Shown: positions 30,077-40,183, numbered from the stretch's first letter. The stretch is 64,000 bases of DNA from Candidatus Caldarchaeum sp. (GCA_038885755.1 JAVZZH010000001.1:256001-320000); one strand, 5' to 3'. Translations and numbers: made by a program. Notes: a model not told the origin generated them from the letters alone.

Positions 30077-30792
30077 AGCAGGGAAGGACAGAGCTTCTCT
30101 ACATGGATGACTCTTACATCAGGGAGTTTGTGGCATCGGTTCTCAGGTCTGAGAACGGACGTGTCGTCCTTGACAGAACAGCTTTTCATCCACGTGGAGG
30201 TGGTCTTGTGTCAGATAAAGGCGTGATTAAGCATGCGGGGGGAGAGGCCCGAGTTGTGGAGGTTCTGTTCGAGGACGACGAGGTCGTGCACAGTGTTGAG
30301 GGAGCGGCACCGTCAGCGGGGTCTGAGGCAAGGTGCTTTCTCGACTGGGAGAGACGATATCGTTTGATGAGGATGCATACCGGGCTACACGTCCTCGCAG
30401 CAACCATGGTCGAGAAGACGAACGCCCTCATAACGGGCAACAACATCTCCCACGACCAAGGAAGAGTGGACTTCAGCCTCGAGTCCTTCGACAGGGCTGT
30501 GATGGAGGAATGCGTCGAGGAGACGAACAGGAGGCTAGAAAAAGGATACCCTGTCGAAATCTACTACATGGAGAGGGAGAAGGTGTTGTCGACACCGGGG
30601 CTCGTCAAGCTCGCTGGACGTCTGCCGCCAAACATACCCATGCTGAGAATCGTCGAGATAGGGGACGTCGACGTTCAGGCCGACGGCGGGCCTCATGTAA
30701 GGAACACGTCGGAGGTTGGCCGGATACAAGCTACCAAACTGGAGAACAAGGGGAAGACGAACAGAAGGATGTATTTCACCGTGATTCCTTAA
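30073..30792 (+). CDS. alaXM: Trans-editing protein AlaX-M
   Basis: LYMDDSY, TAFHPRGGG, MRMHTGLH and ADGGPHV motifs. Confidence 0.9.
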   Translation: MKQGRTELLYMDDSYIREFVASVLRSENGRVVLDRTAFHPRGGGLVSDKGVIKHAGGEARVVEVLFEDDEVVHSVEGAAPSAGSEARCFLDWERRYRLMRMHTGLHVLAATMVEKTNALITGNNISHDQGRVDFSLESFDRAVMEECVEETNRRLEKGYPVEIYYMEREKVLSTPGLVKLAGRLPPNIPMLRIVEIGDVDVQADGGPHVRNTSEVGRIQATKLENKGKTNRRMYFTVIP

Positions 30793-30812
30793 ATAAGGGT
30801 TCCGCGGATCTC

Positions 30813-30884
30813 GGCGAGATGATGAGACTGACCTGTTCGGAGAGCCTTCCAGGGCTCTGTGACGAACATACACCTCTCTGAGCC
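30813..30884 (+). ncRNA. Box C/D methylation-guide sRNA
   Basis: Box C ATGATGA 30819-25, 12-nt guide, D' CGGA 30838-41, hairpin, C' GTGACGA 30859-65, 12-nt guide, box D CTGA 30878-81, terminal GGC/GCC stem. Confidence 0.85.
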
Positions 30885-32017
30885 TATGGCCTAGCGGAGA
30901 GGACAACGGTCAGCTCCACGGCCTGCGAACCCCTCAAGACCGTCAGCGAGACCGTCTGCCCGGGAGACGTCCTCTCCTCCAAGTAGAGGAGTAGCTCATC
31001 CATCGAAGACACTTGACGGCCGTCGATGGCGGTGATGATGTCTCCCCCCACCCTGACGGGCGCGCCGTTGACAACCACGTTCCTGTCCCCGCCCCGTAGT
31101 CCAGCGCGCTGCGCAGGGCTGTTGGGGACGACGTCGACGACCAGTACACCCTTTGAAACGCTTGCACCCATGGCCGCAGCTATGTCGATGTCGAGCGAAA
31201 CGGCTGAGATACCCATCCAGCTCCGCTGGTAGGAGCCGTTCTGAATCAAGGCTGGAACAACACGTGAGACGATCGACGAGGGGACTGCGTAGCCTATTCC
31301 AACGCCCGAAGGCTCGATCGCTGTGTTGACGCCGACAACCTCGCCCTTTAAGTTAAGCAGCGGGCCTCCCGAGTTCCCCGGGTTTATGGCGGCGTCTGTC
31401 TGTATGACGCCGGGTATGGAGTATCCTCGCCCCGTAGGCAGAAGCCTCCCCTTCTGGCTAACTATGCCCGAAGTCACTGTGCCCTCAAGCCCGAACGGGT
31501 TCCCGATAGCCACAACCGGCTCTCCTATCTTCAGCTCGGAGGAGTTCCCCAGACGCAGCGGCTTCAGCCCTTCAGGCGGGTTCTCTATCCTCAGCACGGC
31601 TATGTCGCTGTCAACATCCGCGCCCACAACCCTAGCACTGTACGTGGAGCCGTCGCTGAAAACAACCCGGAACGACGTCCCACCTCTTACGACATGCTGA
31701 TTCGTCACAACATGCCCTAAGGCGTCGTAGACGAAGCCCGACCCAACCGTAGACCCGGAGGCGAAGAAAACCCTCACCATGACAACAGAGTCTTTAACCA
31801 TCTCGTAGAGAGAGCTAAAGTCCGACGCCTCCAGATTGTGCACAACCACCGTCTCCACTCTTACGGTCTGCGGAGTTTTCTGAATCTGGGCCGCCAGCGT
31901 CGATACCTGGAGGATGAGGCTCCTCGTCTCAGAGTGTATGACCAGTGTCTGGTAGATGTTTAACAGGGTTAAGGCTGCCACCGCTAGGACGAGAATGGTG
32001 GTTGACTTGGAGCTCAT
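30884..32017 (-). CDS. HtrA/DegP-family membrane-anchored serine protease with PDZ domain
   Basis: TNQHVV, SDIAVL and QTDAAINPGNSGGPL motifs; C-terminal PDZ domain. Confidence 0.93.
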   Translation of the reverse strand: MSSKSTTILVLAVAALTLLNIYQTLVIHSETRSLILQVSTLAAQIQKTPQTVRVETVVVHNLEASDFSSLYEMVKDSVVMVRVFFASGSTVGSGFVYDALGHVVTNQHVVRGGTSFRVVFSDGSTYSARVVGADVDSDIAVLRIENPPEGLKPLRLGNSSELKIGEPVVAIGNPFGLEGTVTSGIVSQKGRLLPTGRGYSIPGVIQTDAAINPGNSGGPLLNLKGEVVGVNTAIEPSGVGIGYAVPSSIVSRVVPALIQNGSYQRSWMGISAVSLDIDIAAAMGASVSKGVLVVDVVPNSPAQRAGLRGGDRNVVVNGAPVRVGGDIITAIDGRQVSSMDELLLYLEERTSPGQTVSLTVLRGSQAVELTVVLSARP

Positions 32018-32119
32018 GCAGGTACTTACAGAGAACACTATAATATAGTTGATGTATGAAACGTTCTTCGGATTTAAACATCTAAATATGGTTCAAGGCG
32101 GCTACGGGTAGGGTTCGCG

Positions 32120-33391
32120 TTGAAGTTCGAGACGCCGCGGGGCATGGACGACCTTCTGCCCGAGGAGTTCGCCGTCAAGCAGAGGGTTGTGGACGTGGTC
32201 AGGGAGGTTTACAGGCTTTACGGCTACCAAGAAGTCGAGACTCCCACCCTCGAGTATCTGGAGCTCTTCGAAGCCAAGTCGGGAGACGAAATAAGACACA
32301 GGATGTACGTCTTCACCGACGTCCACGGCAAGAAGCTCGTCCTCAGGCCTGAGGTGACGGCTTCGATAGCCCGGCTCGTGGCCACCAAGCTCTCCAAACA
32401 CCCCAAACCGATGAGGCTTGGCTACATCGCTGACTGCTATAGGTATGACGAGCCGCAGTGGGGTCGGAGGAGAAGGTTCTGGCACGGAGGTTTCGAGCTT
32501 TTCGGAAGCAGCGACCCTTCGAGCGACGCCGAGATAATCCTAGCCAGCAGAGACGTCTTCGCCAAGCTTGGCATCGAGTCCTTCTCCTTCAGGATAGGCC
32601 ACGTCGGCGTAATTAGGGGCTTGCTGGGAAAAATGGATACAAAGCTTCAGGACAAATTTCTCTCACTGGTCGACCGTGGTAGGCGCGACGAGGCCTTCGA
32701 GACGGCCGCCACCTACCTCGACAACGAGTCGCTAGAATGCCTACGCAAGCTCTCCAGTCTCAAGGGCGGACACGATGTCTTGAAGCAAGCCTCCGACCTC
32801 GTCTCGCCATGGGAGAAGGCGTCGAAAGCGGTGGAGAACCTCGCAGAAGTGGTTGATGTCGTTAGGGAGGTTGACAAAGCGCTGCGGTTTGAGCTGGACA
32901 TGGGCTTTGCACGCGGGCTCGAATACTATACAGGCATGATCTTCGAGCAGAGGATAGATGGGGAGGAGTTGTCTTTCAACGGCGGCGGAAGGTACGACGG
33001 ACTAGTCGAGTTGTTCGGAGGCGGTAGAGTGCCGGCCGTAGGATGCTCAATAGGCATAACGAGGCTCACCATGTACTTGAGGAGAAAGCCTCTCACTGAT
33101 CTTGAAAAGCCGCCTGCAGCAGCTCTAGCTATTGTTAGCGACGACTCACGGGGGTACGCAGCATCCGTAGCGGACTTCCTCAGGAGAAGAGGATGCTCCG
33201 TGGTCGTCGACGTATCGCGTAAAAAGCTCTCAGACGTCATCGAAACAACGTCGGCTAAGGGCATCAAATACTTAATCATAGTGGGTTCTAAGGAGAGAGA
33301 ATCGGAGAAGGTTTCTTTGAGAGACCTTGTCAGCGAACAGCAGGAAATGATGTCTTTGGAGGAGGTTGCCCGGATGGTTTGTGGGAAGTGA
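32120..33391 (+). CDS. hisS: Histidine--tRNA ligase
   Basis: PRGMDD, LRPEVTAS, RYDEPQ, RGLEYYTG and GGGRYD motifs. Confidence 0.95.
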   Translation: MKFETPRGMDDLLPEEFAVKQRVVDVVREVYRLYGYQEVETPTLEYLELFEAKSGDEIRHRMYVFTDVHGKKLVLRPEVTASIARLVATKLSKHPKPMRLGYIADCYRYDEPQWGRRRRFWHGGFELFGSSDPSSDAEIILASRDVFAKLGIESFSFRIGHVGVIRGLLGKMDTKLQDKFLSLVDRGRRDEAFETAATYLDNESLECLRKLSSLKGGHDVLKQASDLVSPWEKASKAVENLAEVVDVVREVDKALRFELDMGFARGLEYYTGMIFEQRIDGEELSFNGGGRYDGLVELFGGGRVPAVGCSIGITRLTMYLRRKPLTDLEKPPAAALAIVSDDSRGYAASVADFLRRRGCSVVVDVSRKKLSDVIETTSAKGIKYLIIVGSKERESEKVSLRDLVSEQQEMMSLEEVARMVCGK

Positions 33392-33397
33392 ATACTC

Positions 33398-34201
33398 ATG
33401 CTGTCTTTGCTCCTCGAAGCAACCCTCGTGATGCTGGCGATAGGGCTTATCGCTATTGGTGGTCGTTTTCTCGACGCTAAAGGCCTTGCTGCAGCCGTAG
33501 TGGTCGGGTATTGTGTATACGTTCTGGGCGGTAGGAGCTATTTTCTGGCCATCTTCACCTTCTTCGTCGTCGCCGGCTTCACGACACGTTTTCGCTACAG
33601 GGAAAAGTACGGTGAATTTGGGAGAGGTGTTAGAACTTGGTCAAACGTCCTCGCCAACGGTCTCACGGCCTGTCTGATCACGGTTTCAGGATACTTCCTC
33701 GGCCTCGACAGCTCAGCCACGCTAGCCACTTTCTTAGGCGCCGTGTCGTCGGTCTTCGCAGACACCATGTCGACGGAGGTCGGCCTTCTTTCAAAAAGCA
33801 AGCCTAGGATGATAACATCGCTAAAAGAAGCGAGCCCCGGAACGCCCGGAGCCGTCAGCCTTCTAGGGCTGGCCGCAGGGTTTTTCACAGGCTTCCTGCT
33901 CGCAGGCGTGATGGTGGTGTACGGCCTGTTCCTCGGGTTGCCGCTCCAGCCGTACAGCGTATTCCTAATCGCTGTCTCGGCAGGCTTCAGCGGAAGCCTC
34001 TTCGACAGTGTTTTCGGCGGGCTTTTCCAGTCCCGGTACCGATGCCCCTCATGCGGAAAGGTCGTAGAGGTCAAAACCCACTGCGGCAAGTCGACGGTCT
34101 ATCTATCAGGCAGCAGGCTGGTCAACAACGAGGTTGTGAACCTCCTGACATCTGTCTACGGCGCCTCCGTCGCATACGTCGCATGGCTGTACATCGGTTA
34201 A
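33398..34201 (+). CDS. DUF92/TMEM19-family membrane protein
   Basis: NVLANG, ADTMSTEVG, GAVS..G, DSVFG, CxxC...HCG and NNEVVN motifs. Confidence 0.88.
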   Translation: MLSLLLEATLVMLAIGLIAIGGRFLDAKGLAAAVVVGYCVYVLGGRSYFLAIFTFFVVAGFTTRFRYREKYGEFGRGVRTWSNVLANGLTACLITVSGYFLGLDSSATLATFLGAVSSVFADTMSTEVGLLSKSKPRMITSLKEASPGTPGAVSLLGLAAGFFTGFLLAGVMVVYGLFLGLPLQPYSVFLIAVSAGFSGSLFDSVFGGLFQSRYRCPSCGKVVEVKTHCGKSTVYLSGSRLVNNEVVNLLTSVYGASVAYVAWLYIG

Positions 34202-35394
34202 ACCTCCAGCTCGTACCGGTGCTCCACGAGCTTCACAGCCCTGCCGTTCTCAACAACCACTACGTCCTCAATCCTCACCCCGCCAAACCCGGGCTCGTAA
34301 AGCCCTGGCTCGACTGTGAAGACGTCGCCGTTTGATAGGGTGGTGAATGAGTTCTTGGATAGGTACGGCTCCTCGCCTATGGTGAGGCCTACGCCGTGGC
34401 CTAGGCCGTGGACGAATCCCCTGACGGGGTTAGGAGTCTCCAACAGCGTGGGCCATCCTCTTCTCCTGAGGATTACGCAGGCCTCGGCGAAAACCGACCC
34501 GCACCTAGATCCCACCCTTATCGTCTCGACTGCGTGTGTTTGAGCTGCCAGAACGTCCTCATACATTTTCCTCAGCGGTGGTTTGGGCCTCCCGACGCAG
34601 TAGGTTCTTGTGAAGTCGTAGCGGTATCCGGTCTCCGAAGCCGGGTATATGTCGAAAACCAGAGGCTCGCCCGCCGACAGCTGCCTGCCGTCCTCCCCTG
34701 ACGCATGGGGGTCGCTCGACTCCGGTCCCGAAGCAAGGATCAGGCCTTCAGGAAGACTGAGACCCATCTCGCCGCACCAAGTCCGGACAAGCCTTTTCAG
34801 ATAACCGACGGTTAGAGGCTGTCCATCATAGTATACAGCTCCTCTGCGGACGTCCGACTCCCCGAGTATCTTCTCCAGCCTCTCGACGACCCGTATGGTC
34901 CGCCGCCCCGCTTCAGCGACAGCCTCGACCTCCCACCTGTCCTTCCTCCTCCTGCACAGGTCTAGGAACGAAGGCTTGGGCATGCCCTCTACTCTAAAAC
35001 CGCGTCTTCTGAGAAAGTCGACCAGATAGGTTGTCGTCAGCGCGTCGGCTCTGCCGGCTAGGGCGATCTTCCCCTCAACTCCGTTCCTACGGAGCATGGC
35101 GGCCAGCATTTCAGCCAAGCCACGCCCGGGCCCGAACCTTCTCTGAAGCTGTGCAAGGCCGTAGTCGCTGTAGGGCTTGACGTCAGCGACAACTCCTTTC
35201 CGTGCGCTGGGCAGGTCAAGCATGCTCACGACGAGCTGGGGCTCACCACCCCTACGCTTCAGACACACCCCGCCACGAGGTATGTGGGCCCTCGTCAAGT
35301 AGTAAAGCTCGGGCGAGGAGTAGGTCGAGTCGCCCAAGACCAGCACAGCCTCGAACCCAGCCTTAGCCATCAATTCATCCAGCTCGGAGATCAT
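34198..35394 (-). CDS. Xaa-Pro aminopeptidase (M24 family)
   Basis: DIYP, DFTRT, HGLGHGVGL, TVEPGLY and GVRIED motifs. Confidence 0.9.
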   Translation of the reverse strand: MISELDELMAKAGFEAVLVLGDSTYSSPELYYLTRAHIPRGGVCLKRRGGEPQLVVSMLDLPSARKGVVADVKPYSDYGLAQLQRRFGPGRGLAEMLAAMLRRNGVEGKIALAGRADALTTTYLVDFLRRRGFRVEGMPKPSFLDLCRRRKDRWEVEAVAEAGRRTIRVVERLEKILGESDVRRGAVYYDGQPLTVGYLKRLVRTWCGEMGLSLPEGLILASGPESSDPHASGEDGRQLSAGEPLVFDIYPASETGYRYDFTRTYCVGRPKPPLRKMYEDVLAAQTHAVETIRVGSRCGSVFAEACVILRRRGWPTLLETPNPVRGFVHGLGHGVGLTIGEEPYLSKNSFTTLSNGDVFTVEPGLYEPGFGGVRIEDVVVVENGRAVKLVEHRYELEV

Positions 35395-35454
35395 CGAACC
35401 AACTCGCCTACGTCGTGAATAAAACCTTTAGAGAGGCTGCGTAGACGTTTCCAC

Positions 35455-35529
35455 GGGCCCGTGGCCTAGAATGGACAGGGCGTCGGCCTCCGGAGCCGAA
35501 GGTCGTGGGTTCAAGTCCCACCGGGCCCG
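35455..35529 (+). tRNA. tRNA-Arg (CCG)
   Basis: Acceptor GGGCCCG/CGGGCCC, anticodon arm TCGGC-CT-CCG-GA-GCCGA and T-loop GGTTCAAGTCC. Confidence 0.97.
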
Positions 35530-35587
35530 GGCTGCATTTTCGACGTTCTCTATCACGATATATCCATGGTTGAAGGCTTTGCTGGAT

Positions 35588-37723
35588 GTGGATGGAAGGC
35601 TTGTCGACGTCTGTTTGGATGGTTCGAGCGTCTGCCTGTGGCTGAGGAGTGAGGGTGGTGTTTACAAGGTTCGGGTTGCATGGAGTTCTAGGCTTTACCT
35701 CGCAGGTCCGCAGCACGTCTTGACCGCTGTCGACAGAATTCTCTCCGATGTTTACGAGACGAGGCTCGTGGAGAAAAGAATACCCGGCGCTGGAGCCGCT
35801 GAAGTTCTGGAGGTGCTGGTCGCTCCGTCGGAGAAGAGAAGCCTGGCCAGGTCTGTCGTGGATCGTTGGGGTCATCTAGGCGTGAGAGCTTACAACGTCG
35901 ACATCCCGGTCCTGCAGGAGTTCCTCTACGAGTTCGGCTTAGCGCCCACGGCGGCCGTGAAGAATTGCAACGGCCTACTCCAGCCGGGCGAGGAGGTCGA
36001 CAGCGTCTCCTACACCACGTCTTTCCTCAGGAATGGTTGTCTGGAGGCTGAAGTCGACTCTTCAGGGCCCTTGCCACGGTTCTCCGACAGGCTTAGGTGT
36101 GTAAGGCTTCGTGTAGACGGTGAGGAGGTTGTTCTCGACGGATGCGAGGACGATGTTCTGCAGCAGCTGCAGCGTCTTCTCGACGACATGGATGTCGACG
36201 TGCTGATAACCCGTGGAGGGGACAGGTTCTTGCTAAAGTATCTGCGTAGGAGAGCTGAGGAGAACGGTCTTCAGTTGCGGCTGGGAAGGGAGGACGACAA
36301 GCCGACTAGCTCGAGGGGTTTTTCTTACTTTAGCTACGGCAGAACGTATCACAGGTTCGCTGGGCAGAAGCTCAGGGGTCGTCTGCACATAGACGCCGAG
36401 AACTCGATGCTCTACGCTGAAACCGGCCTCGAAGGTGTGCTGGAGACAGCTCGCACCGTTAGGGCGCCGGTCCAAGACGCTGCACGGTACACGATAGGCC
36501 GGTGCATGACCTCCCTCCAGTATCGTCAAGCCTATCTGAACAACTTGCTGATACCCGTCGAGGCCGGCAGGCCTTACTGCTCCACTGCGGCCGAGCTCGT
36601 CGTAGCCGACAGAGGCGGATGGGTGTTAGACCACAGCCCGGGGGTTTACTGGAACGTCGGCGAGCTTGACTTCCACAGCCTGTATCCGACGCTGATGCTG
36701 AAGAACAACATAAGCGGCGAGACGGTCAACTGCGGCTGCTGTCGGGGAAGCGATATACCGGAGCTGGGGTACCATGTCTGCAGGAAGTGGCGTGGAGTTG
36801 TTCCGCTGGCTGTCGAAACACCGTTGAGGAAGAGGATGGAGTACAAGAGGCTGTATGCGGAGACGGGGTTGAAGACCTACAAAGCTAGAGCAGACGCCCT
36901 CAAATGGATACTCGTCACGTCGTTCGGCTACCTAGGCTACAAGAAGGCTAAGTTCGGAAGCCGTGAAGCCCACATGGCCGTCTGCGCCCTAGCCCGGGAG
37001 ACGCTGCTGAGAAGCGTTAAAACCGCTGAAGAGCAGGGCTTTCGAGTCCTCCACGGAATAGTCGACTGCCTATGGGTCTGGAGGAGGGGTGCGTCGGAGG
37101 ATGACTACAGAAGGCTGGGGAAGGAGCTTGAGAGGAGGCTCGGCCTTCCTCTGGAGTATGAGGGGACCTATCGGTGGATAGCTTTCCTGCCTTCACGCAT
37201 GCACGAGGGCAGGCCTGTGAACAACAGGTATTTCGGGGTTTACGCGGACGGCCGGCTGAAGGTGCGTGGGGTCGAGCTGAGGAGAAGGGACACCCCGCTG
37301 ATCGTCAAGCAGATGCAGGAGGAGATGCTGGAGAAGCTTGCTCAAGCCGACTCCCCCGAATCTCTCCGGATGAAAGCCGAGGAATGTCTCGAGACATACA
37401 GAAAGTATGTAAGGATGGTTTACTCGGGTTCTGCAGAGCCGGAGCAGCTAGCGATAGCTAGGAGCTTGGGAGCGAGCCCGGGGAGTTATGCGAGAAAGCT
37501 GAAGCATGTTTCAGCCGCGAGGATGCTTGAACGGAGTGGTGTGGAGGTCCACCCCGGGCAGGTTGTTGAGTACGTGGTCAGGCGAGGCGGTGGAGCGCCG
37601 CTGCAGCTGCTGGAGGACCATGGCTACGATGACGAGCACTACGCCGCCATGCTCAGAAGAGGTATGGAGACGCTGCTGCGGCCTTTCCTCACTCCATCTC
37701 GGTTGAAGCAGCTAAAGCCATGA
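35588..37723 (+). CDS. polB2: Family B DNA polymerase, PolB2 type (altered motif C)
   Basis: DFHSLYP, KWILVTSFGY and HGIVDCLWV (in place of YGDTD) motifs; RGVELRRRD. Probable GTG start at 35588; the ORF-track start lies inside tRNA-Arg. Confidence 0.88.
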   Translation: MDGRLVDVCLDGSSVCLWLRSEGGVYKVRVAWSSRLYLAGPQHVLTAVDRILSDVYETRLVEKRIPGAGAAEVLEVLVAPSEKRSLARSVVDRWGHLGVRAYNVDIPVLQEFLYEFGLAPTAAVKNCNGLLQPGEEVDSVSYTTSFLRNGCLEAEVDSSGPLPRFSDRLRCVRLRVDGEEVVLDGCEDDVLQQLQRLLDDMDVDVLITRGGDRFLLKYLRRRAEENGLQLRLGREDDKPTSSRGFSYFSYGRTYHRFAGQKLRGRLHIDAENSMLYAETGLEGVLETARTVRAPVQDAARYTIGRCMTSLQYRQAYLNNLLIPVEAGRPYCSTAAELVVADRGGWVLDHSPGVYWNVGELDFHSLYPTLMLKNNISGETVNCGCCRGSDIPELGYHVCRKWRGVVPLAVETPLRKRMEYKRLYAETGLKTYKARADALKWILVTSFGYLGYKKAKFGSREAHMAVCALARETLLRSVKTAEEQGFRVLHGIVDCLWVWRRGASEDDYRRLGKELERRLGLPLEYEGTYRWIAFLPSRMHEGRPVNNRYFGVYADGRLKVRGVELRRRDTPLIVKQMQEEMLEKLAQADSPESLRMKAEECLETYRKYVRMVYSGSAEPEQLAIARSLGASPGSYARKLKHVSAARMLERSGVEVHPGQVVEYVVRRGGGAPLQLLEDHGYDDEHYAAMLRRGMETLLRPFLTPSRLKQLKP

Positions 37724-38315
37724 AGTCTTCCGGCTTGACCAAGGCGTCGAAGTCGGGCGAGAGCTGTCGAGTCTCCTCCAGAACCTTCCGGGTCAAGTAC
37801 CAGAAAGCGTAGGGGAGGGAGGTTCTGCTCCTGTTGTTCATCGGAATCACCAAGTCGACGTTGGAGCAGGTGTTGTCCGTGCTGCACATAGCTATCACGG
37901 GAACCCTCGCTATCCGAGCCTCCTCCAGCGCCTGGACGTCGTACCTAGGGTCGGAGATTATCACCAACGCCGGCTCAAGGTAGTTCTTCAAAGTCCTGTT
38001 GGTGAGCATTCCCGCAGGCATCTTGCCGGCGATCGCAACCCCGCCCGTGAGCTCAGCGTACTTCTGCACCGCCTTCATCCCGAAGACGTGGGTTGAGACG
38101 GCGACGACTTTGTCGAGAGGGTAGTAGGATATCATCCGTGCCGCGAGGTTGAGCCTTTCGAGGATTTTCTTGATGTCGAAAAGGTAGACGCCGTCGTACC
38201 TCATCTTGAAAATGTACTGCTCCATGTGCCTGACCTTTATACGGGAGCCTATGTGCACGTTGTACTTGACCAGCTGCTCCAGTATCGCAGCCTCCTGCTC
38301 AGCCGACAACGTCAA
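37689..38315 (-). CDS. rps2: 30S ribosomal protein S2 (uS2)
   Basis: VHIG, MEQYIF, GMLTN, DPRYDVQA and IPMNN motifs. Confidence 0.95.
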   Translation of the reverse strand: MTLSAEQEAAILEQLVKYNVHIGSRIKVRHMEQYIFKMRYDGVYLFDIKKILERLNLAARMISYYPLDKVVAVSTHVFGMKAVQKYAELTGGVAIAGKMPAGMLTNRTLKNYLEPALVIISDPRYDVQALEEARIARVPVIAMCSTDNTCSNVDLVIPMNNRSRTSLPYAFWYLTRKVLEETRQLSPDFDALVKPEDFMALAASTEME

Positions 38316-39559
38316 CTAGAACCAGCCTCCTCGATAGCAAGCTCGCCACGATGCTTACGCCATATCCGTAGAAGCTCATTAGCCTTAGCCACCCTTTCAC
38401 CTCCAACAACACCTGCCTTAATAAATTTGCCTCCCAGCCCCACAGCCAGATGGGCTAGGAACGCGTCGCATGTCTCCCCAGACCTGTGCGAGACAACCCT
38501 CACGATGCCTCGCCTCTCAGCCTCAGCCGCAGCCTCGAGGGTGTCTGACAAGCATCCGACTTGGTTGGGCTTGAGTATCACAGCCCTTACGGAACCGTTG
38601 TCCGCAGCCCTCTTGATGAGCTCCTTCCTAGTGACGACGAGGTCGTCCCCGCACACAAGTAGGTTTGGAAACATGCGGCAGAGCTCGGCGAACGAGCTGA
38701 AGTCCGTCTCCTCGAAAGGGTCTTCGACGTAGGAGAGGCCGAAGTCTTCAACGAGCTGCTTAATGAACTCAAGCTGCTCGCGCCTAGACCTTTTCACGCC
38801 ACGGTTCCTGTAAAGATAGAATCCCGAACTCGGTTCGTAGAGCGTCGAAGCCGCGACGTCAAGCCCAAGCCCGACGCTGAGCCCGTCCAAGGCCTCGGCT
38901 ACGTATTTGAGGGCTGAGTAGTCGTCGACTGGTGGTGAGTAGCCTCCTTCGTCGCCTCTCCCTCCGCCGTATCCTCCTACTCTCTGCATAAGGATTCGTC
39001 CCAGCCTTCGATGGGCTTCTATGTTGGTTTTCAAAGCGTCCTCGACCGAGCTGGGCTTGGACGGGTAGACGAGGAACTCTTGGATGTCGGGTGCTCCTCC
39101 TCCTGCGTGCGCTCCTCCGCCGAGTATGTTTCCCAGAGGCCGTGGCATCGACGGCTTGATGCCTGAAAGCTCTGAGATGTAGCGCCAGAGAGGTCTGCCC
39201 GTCAGCCTTGCAGTCAGAAGGGCTGCTGCCGCCGAAACGGCGTAGGATAGGTTTCCGCCTATTTTGGAGAAGTTCTCAGTTCCGTCGACCTGTTTCATCA
39301 GGCTGTCGATGCCTTTCTGGTCAGCCGGGTCGAACCCGACCAGTCTCGGCTTAAGCTGTTTTTCAAACACCTCGACCGCTTCCTCCGCCCCCTTGGGAGG
39401 GAACGGCACAGCCTCGTTCTTCCCCCTGCTTTTTCCGGAAGGTGCTGAGACACGGGCCGAGGTCGTGCCCGACCAAAGCTCGACCTCGACTGTTTCAGAG
39501 CCCCTGCTGTCGAAAACCACGCAAGCCTCGCAGTCAGTTATCTTGAAAGACTGCCTCAA
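38312..39559 (-). CDS. eno: Enolase
   Basis: DSRG, APSGKS, GGAH, DIQEF, GDEGG, EDPF, GDDL and SHRSGET motifs. Confidence 0.95.
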   Translation of the reverse strand: MRQSFKITDCEACVVFDSRGSETVEVELWSGTTSARVSAPSGKSRGKNEAVPFPPKGAEEAVEVFEKQLKPRLVGFDPADQKGIDSLMKQVDGTENFSKIGGNLSYAVSAAAALLTARLTGRPLWRYISELSGIKPSMPRPLGNILGGGAHAGGGAPDIQEFLVYPSKPSSVEDALKTNIEAHRRLGRILMQRVGGYGGGRGDEGGYSPPVDDYSALKYVAEALDGLSVGLGLDVAASTLYEPSSGFYLYRNRGVKRSRREQLEFIKQLVEDFGLSYVEDPFEETDFSSFAELCRMFPNLLVCGDDLVVTRKELIKRAADNGSVRAVILKPNQVGCLSDTLEAAAEAERRGIVRVVSHRSGETCDAFLAHLAVGLGGKFIKAGVVGGERVAKANELLRIWRKHRGELAIEEAGSS

Positions 39560-39777
39560 CGCTGACCTTCACCGGCCGACAGGTATTTTTGATGAAACTC
39601 GATAAGCTCGTCCATGAAGTCCACGGCTGAAATAAACATTCTACGGCAACAGTATCTCCTGAACCCTAGGCTGTCGAGGACAGCGCCGGGGCTTTCACCT
39701 CTCCGGACTCTCGCCTTATACTCGTCCCACTTGTGGGCGATTACACGGCCGCAGCTGAAGCAGCGCACAGGAATCAT
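39556..39777 (-). CDS. rpoN: RNA polymerase subunit N (Rpo10)
   Basis: PVRCFSCG and RYCCRRM motifs. Confidence 0.96.
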   Translation of the reverse strand: MIPVRCFSCGRVIAHKWDEYKARVRRGESPGAVLDSLGFRRYCCRRMFISAVDFMDELIEFHQKYLSAGEGQR

Positions 39778-39787
39778 CAAGTTTTCC

Positions 39788-40183
39788 TCACCTGTAGCTT
39801 TTCTGTTTGAACCTTCGCGCGCTGCGTCTGTTGGGTTTCTTGGGCTCGGCCTGCCTCGGGTCGTCTACCAGAAGATGCCTGTCGTAGCTGGCTATAACGT
39901 TCCTGCCGTCGGGAGTCATGGACGAGACCGCCTTGGAGATTGCTATCGCTGCGGCGTCGGCCGAAGACATGACTCCTCCTCCCCTTACCTTGATGTAGAA
40001 GTCATGTGAGTTCCAGAAATCGGGAACCAGCTTGAGAGGTGTTAGGATCTTGCTCCTGACGAACTCTCCAAGCATGTGGAGAGGTGTGTCGTTGAAGAAT
40101 ATGCTGCCCTTGCCGGGCCTCACGAAGACCTTCGCGACGGAGGTCTTACGTCTTCCGACAAAGTGCTGGGCGGCTTTCCTCAG
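39788..40183 (-). CDS. rps9: 30S ribosomal protein S9 (uS9), probable CTG start
   Basis: GRRKTSVA (upstream of the ORF-track start), VRGGG, YDRHLL.DDPR..EPKK and QKSYR motifs. Confidence 0.93.
   Translation of the reverse strand: MRKAAQHFVGRRKTSVAKVFVRPGKGSIFFNDTPLHMLGEFVRSKILTPLKLVPDFWNSHDFYIKVRGGGVMSSADAAAIAISKAVSSMTPDGRNVIASYDRHLLVDDPRQAEPKKPNRRSARRFKQKSYR

Noticed and set aside
35471-35587. ORF-track N-terminal extension of PolB2
   Set aside because: The ATG lies inside tRNA-Arg(CCG); homology-like sequence begins near GTG 35588.
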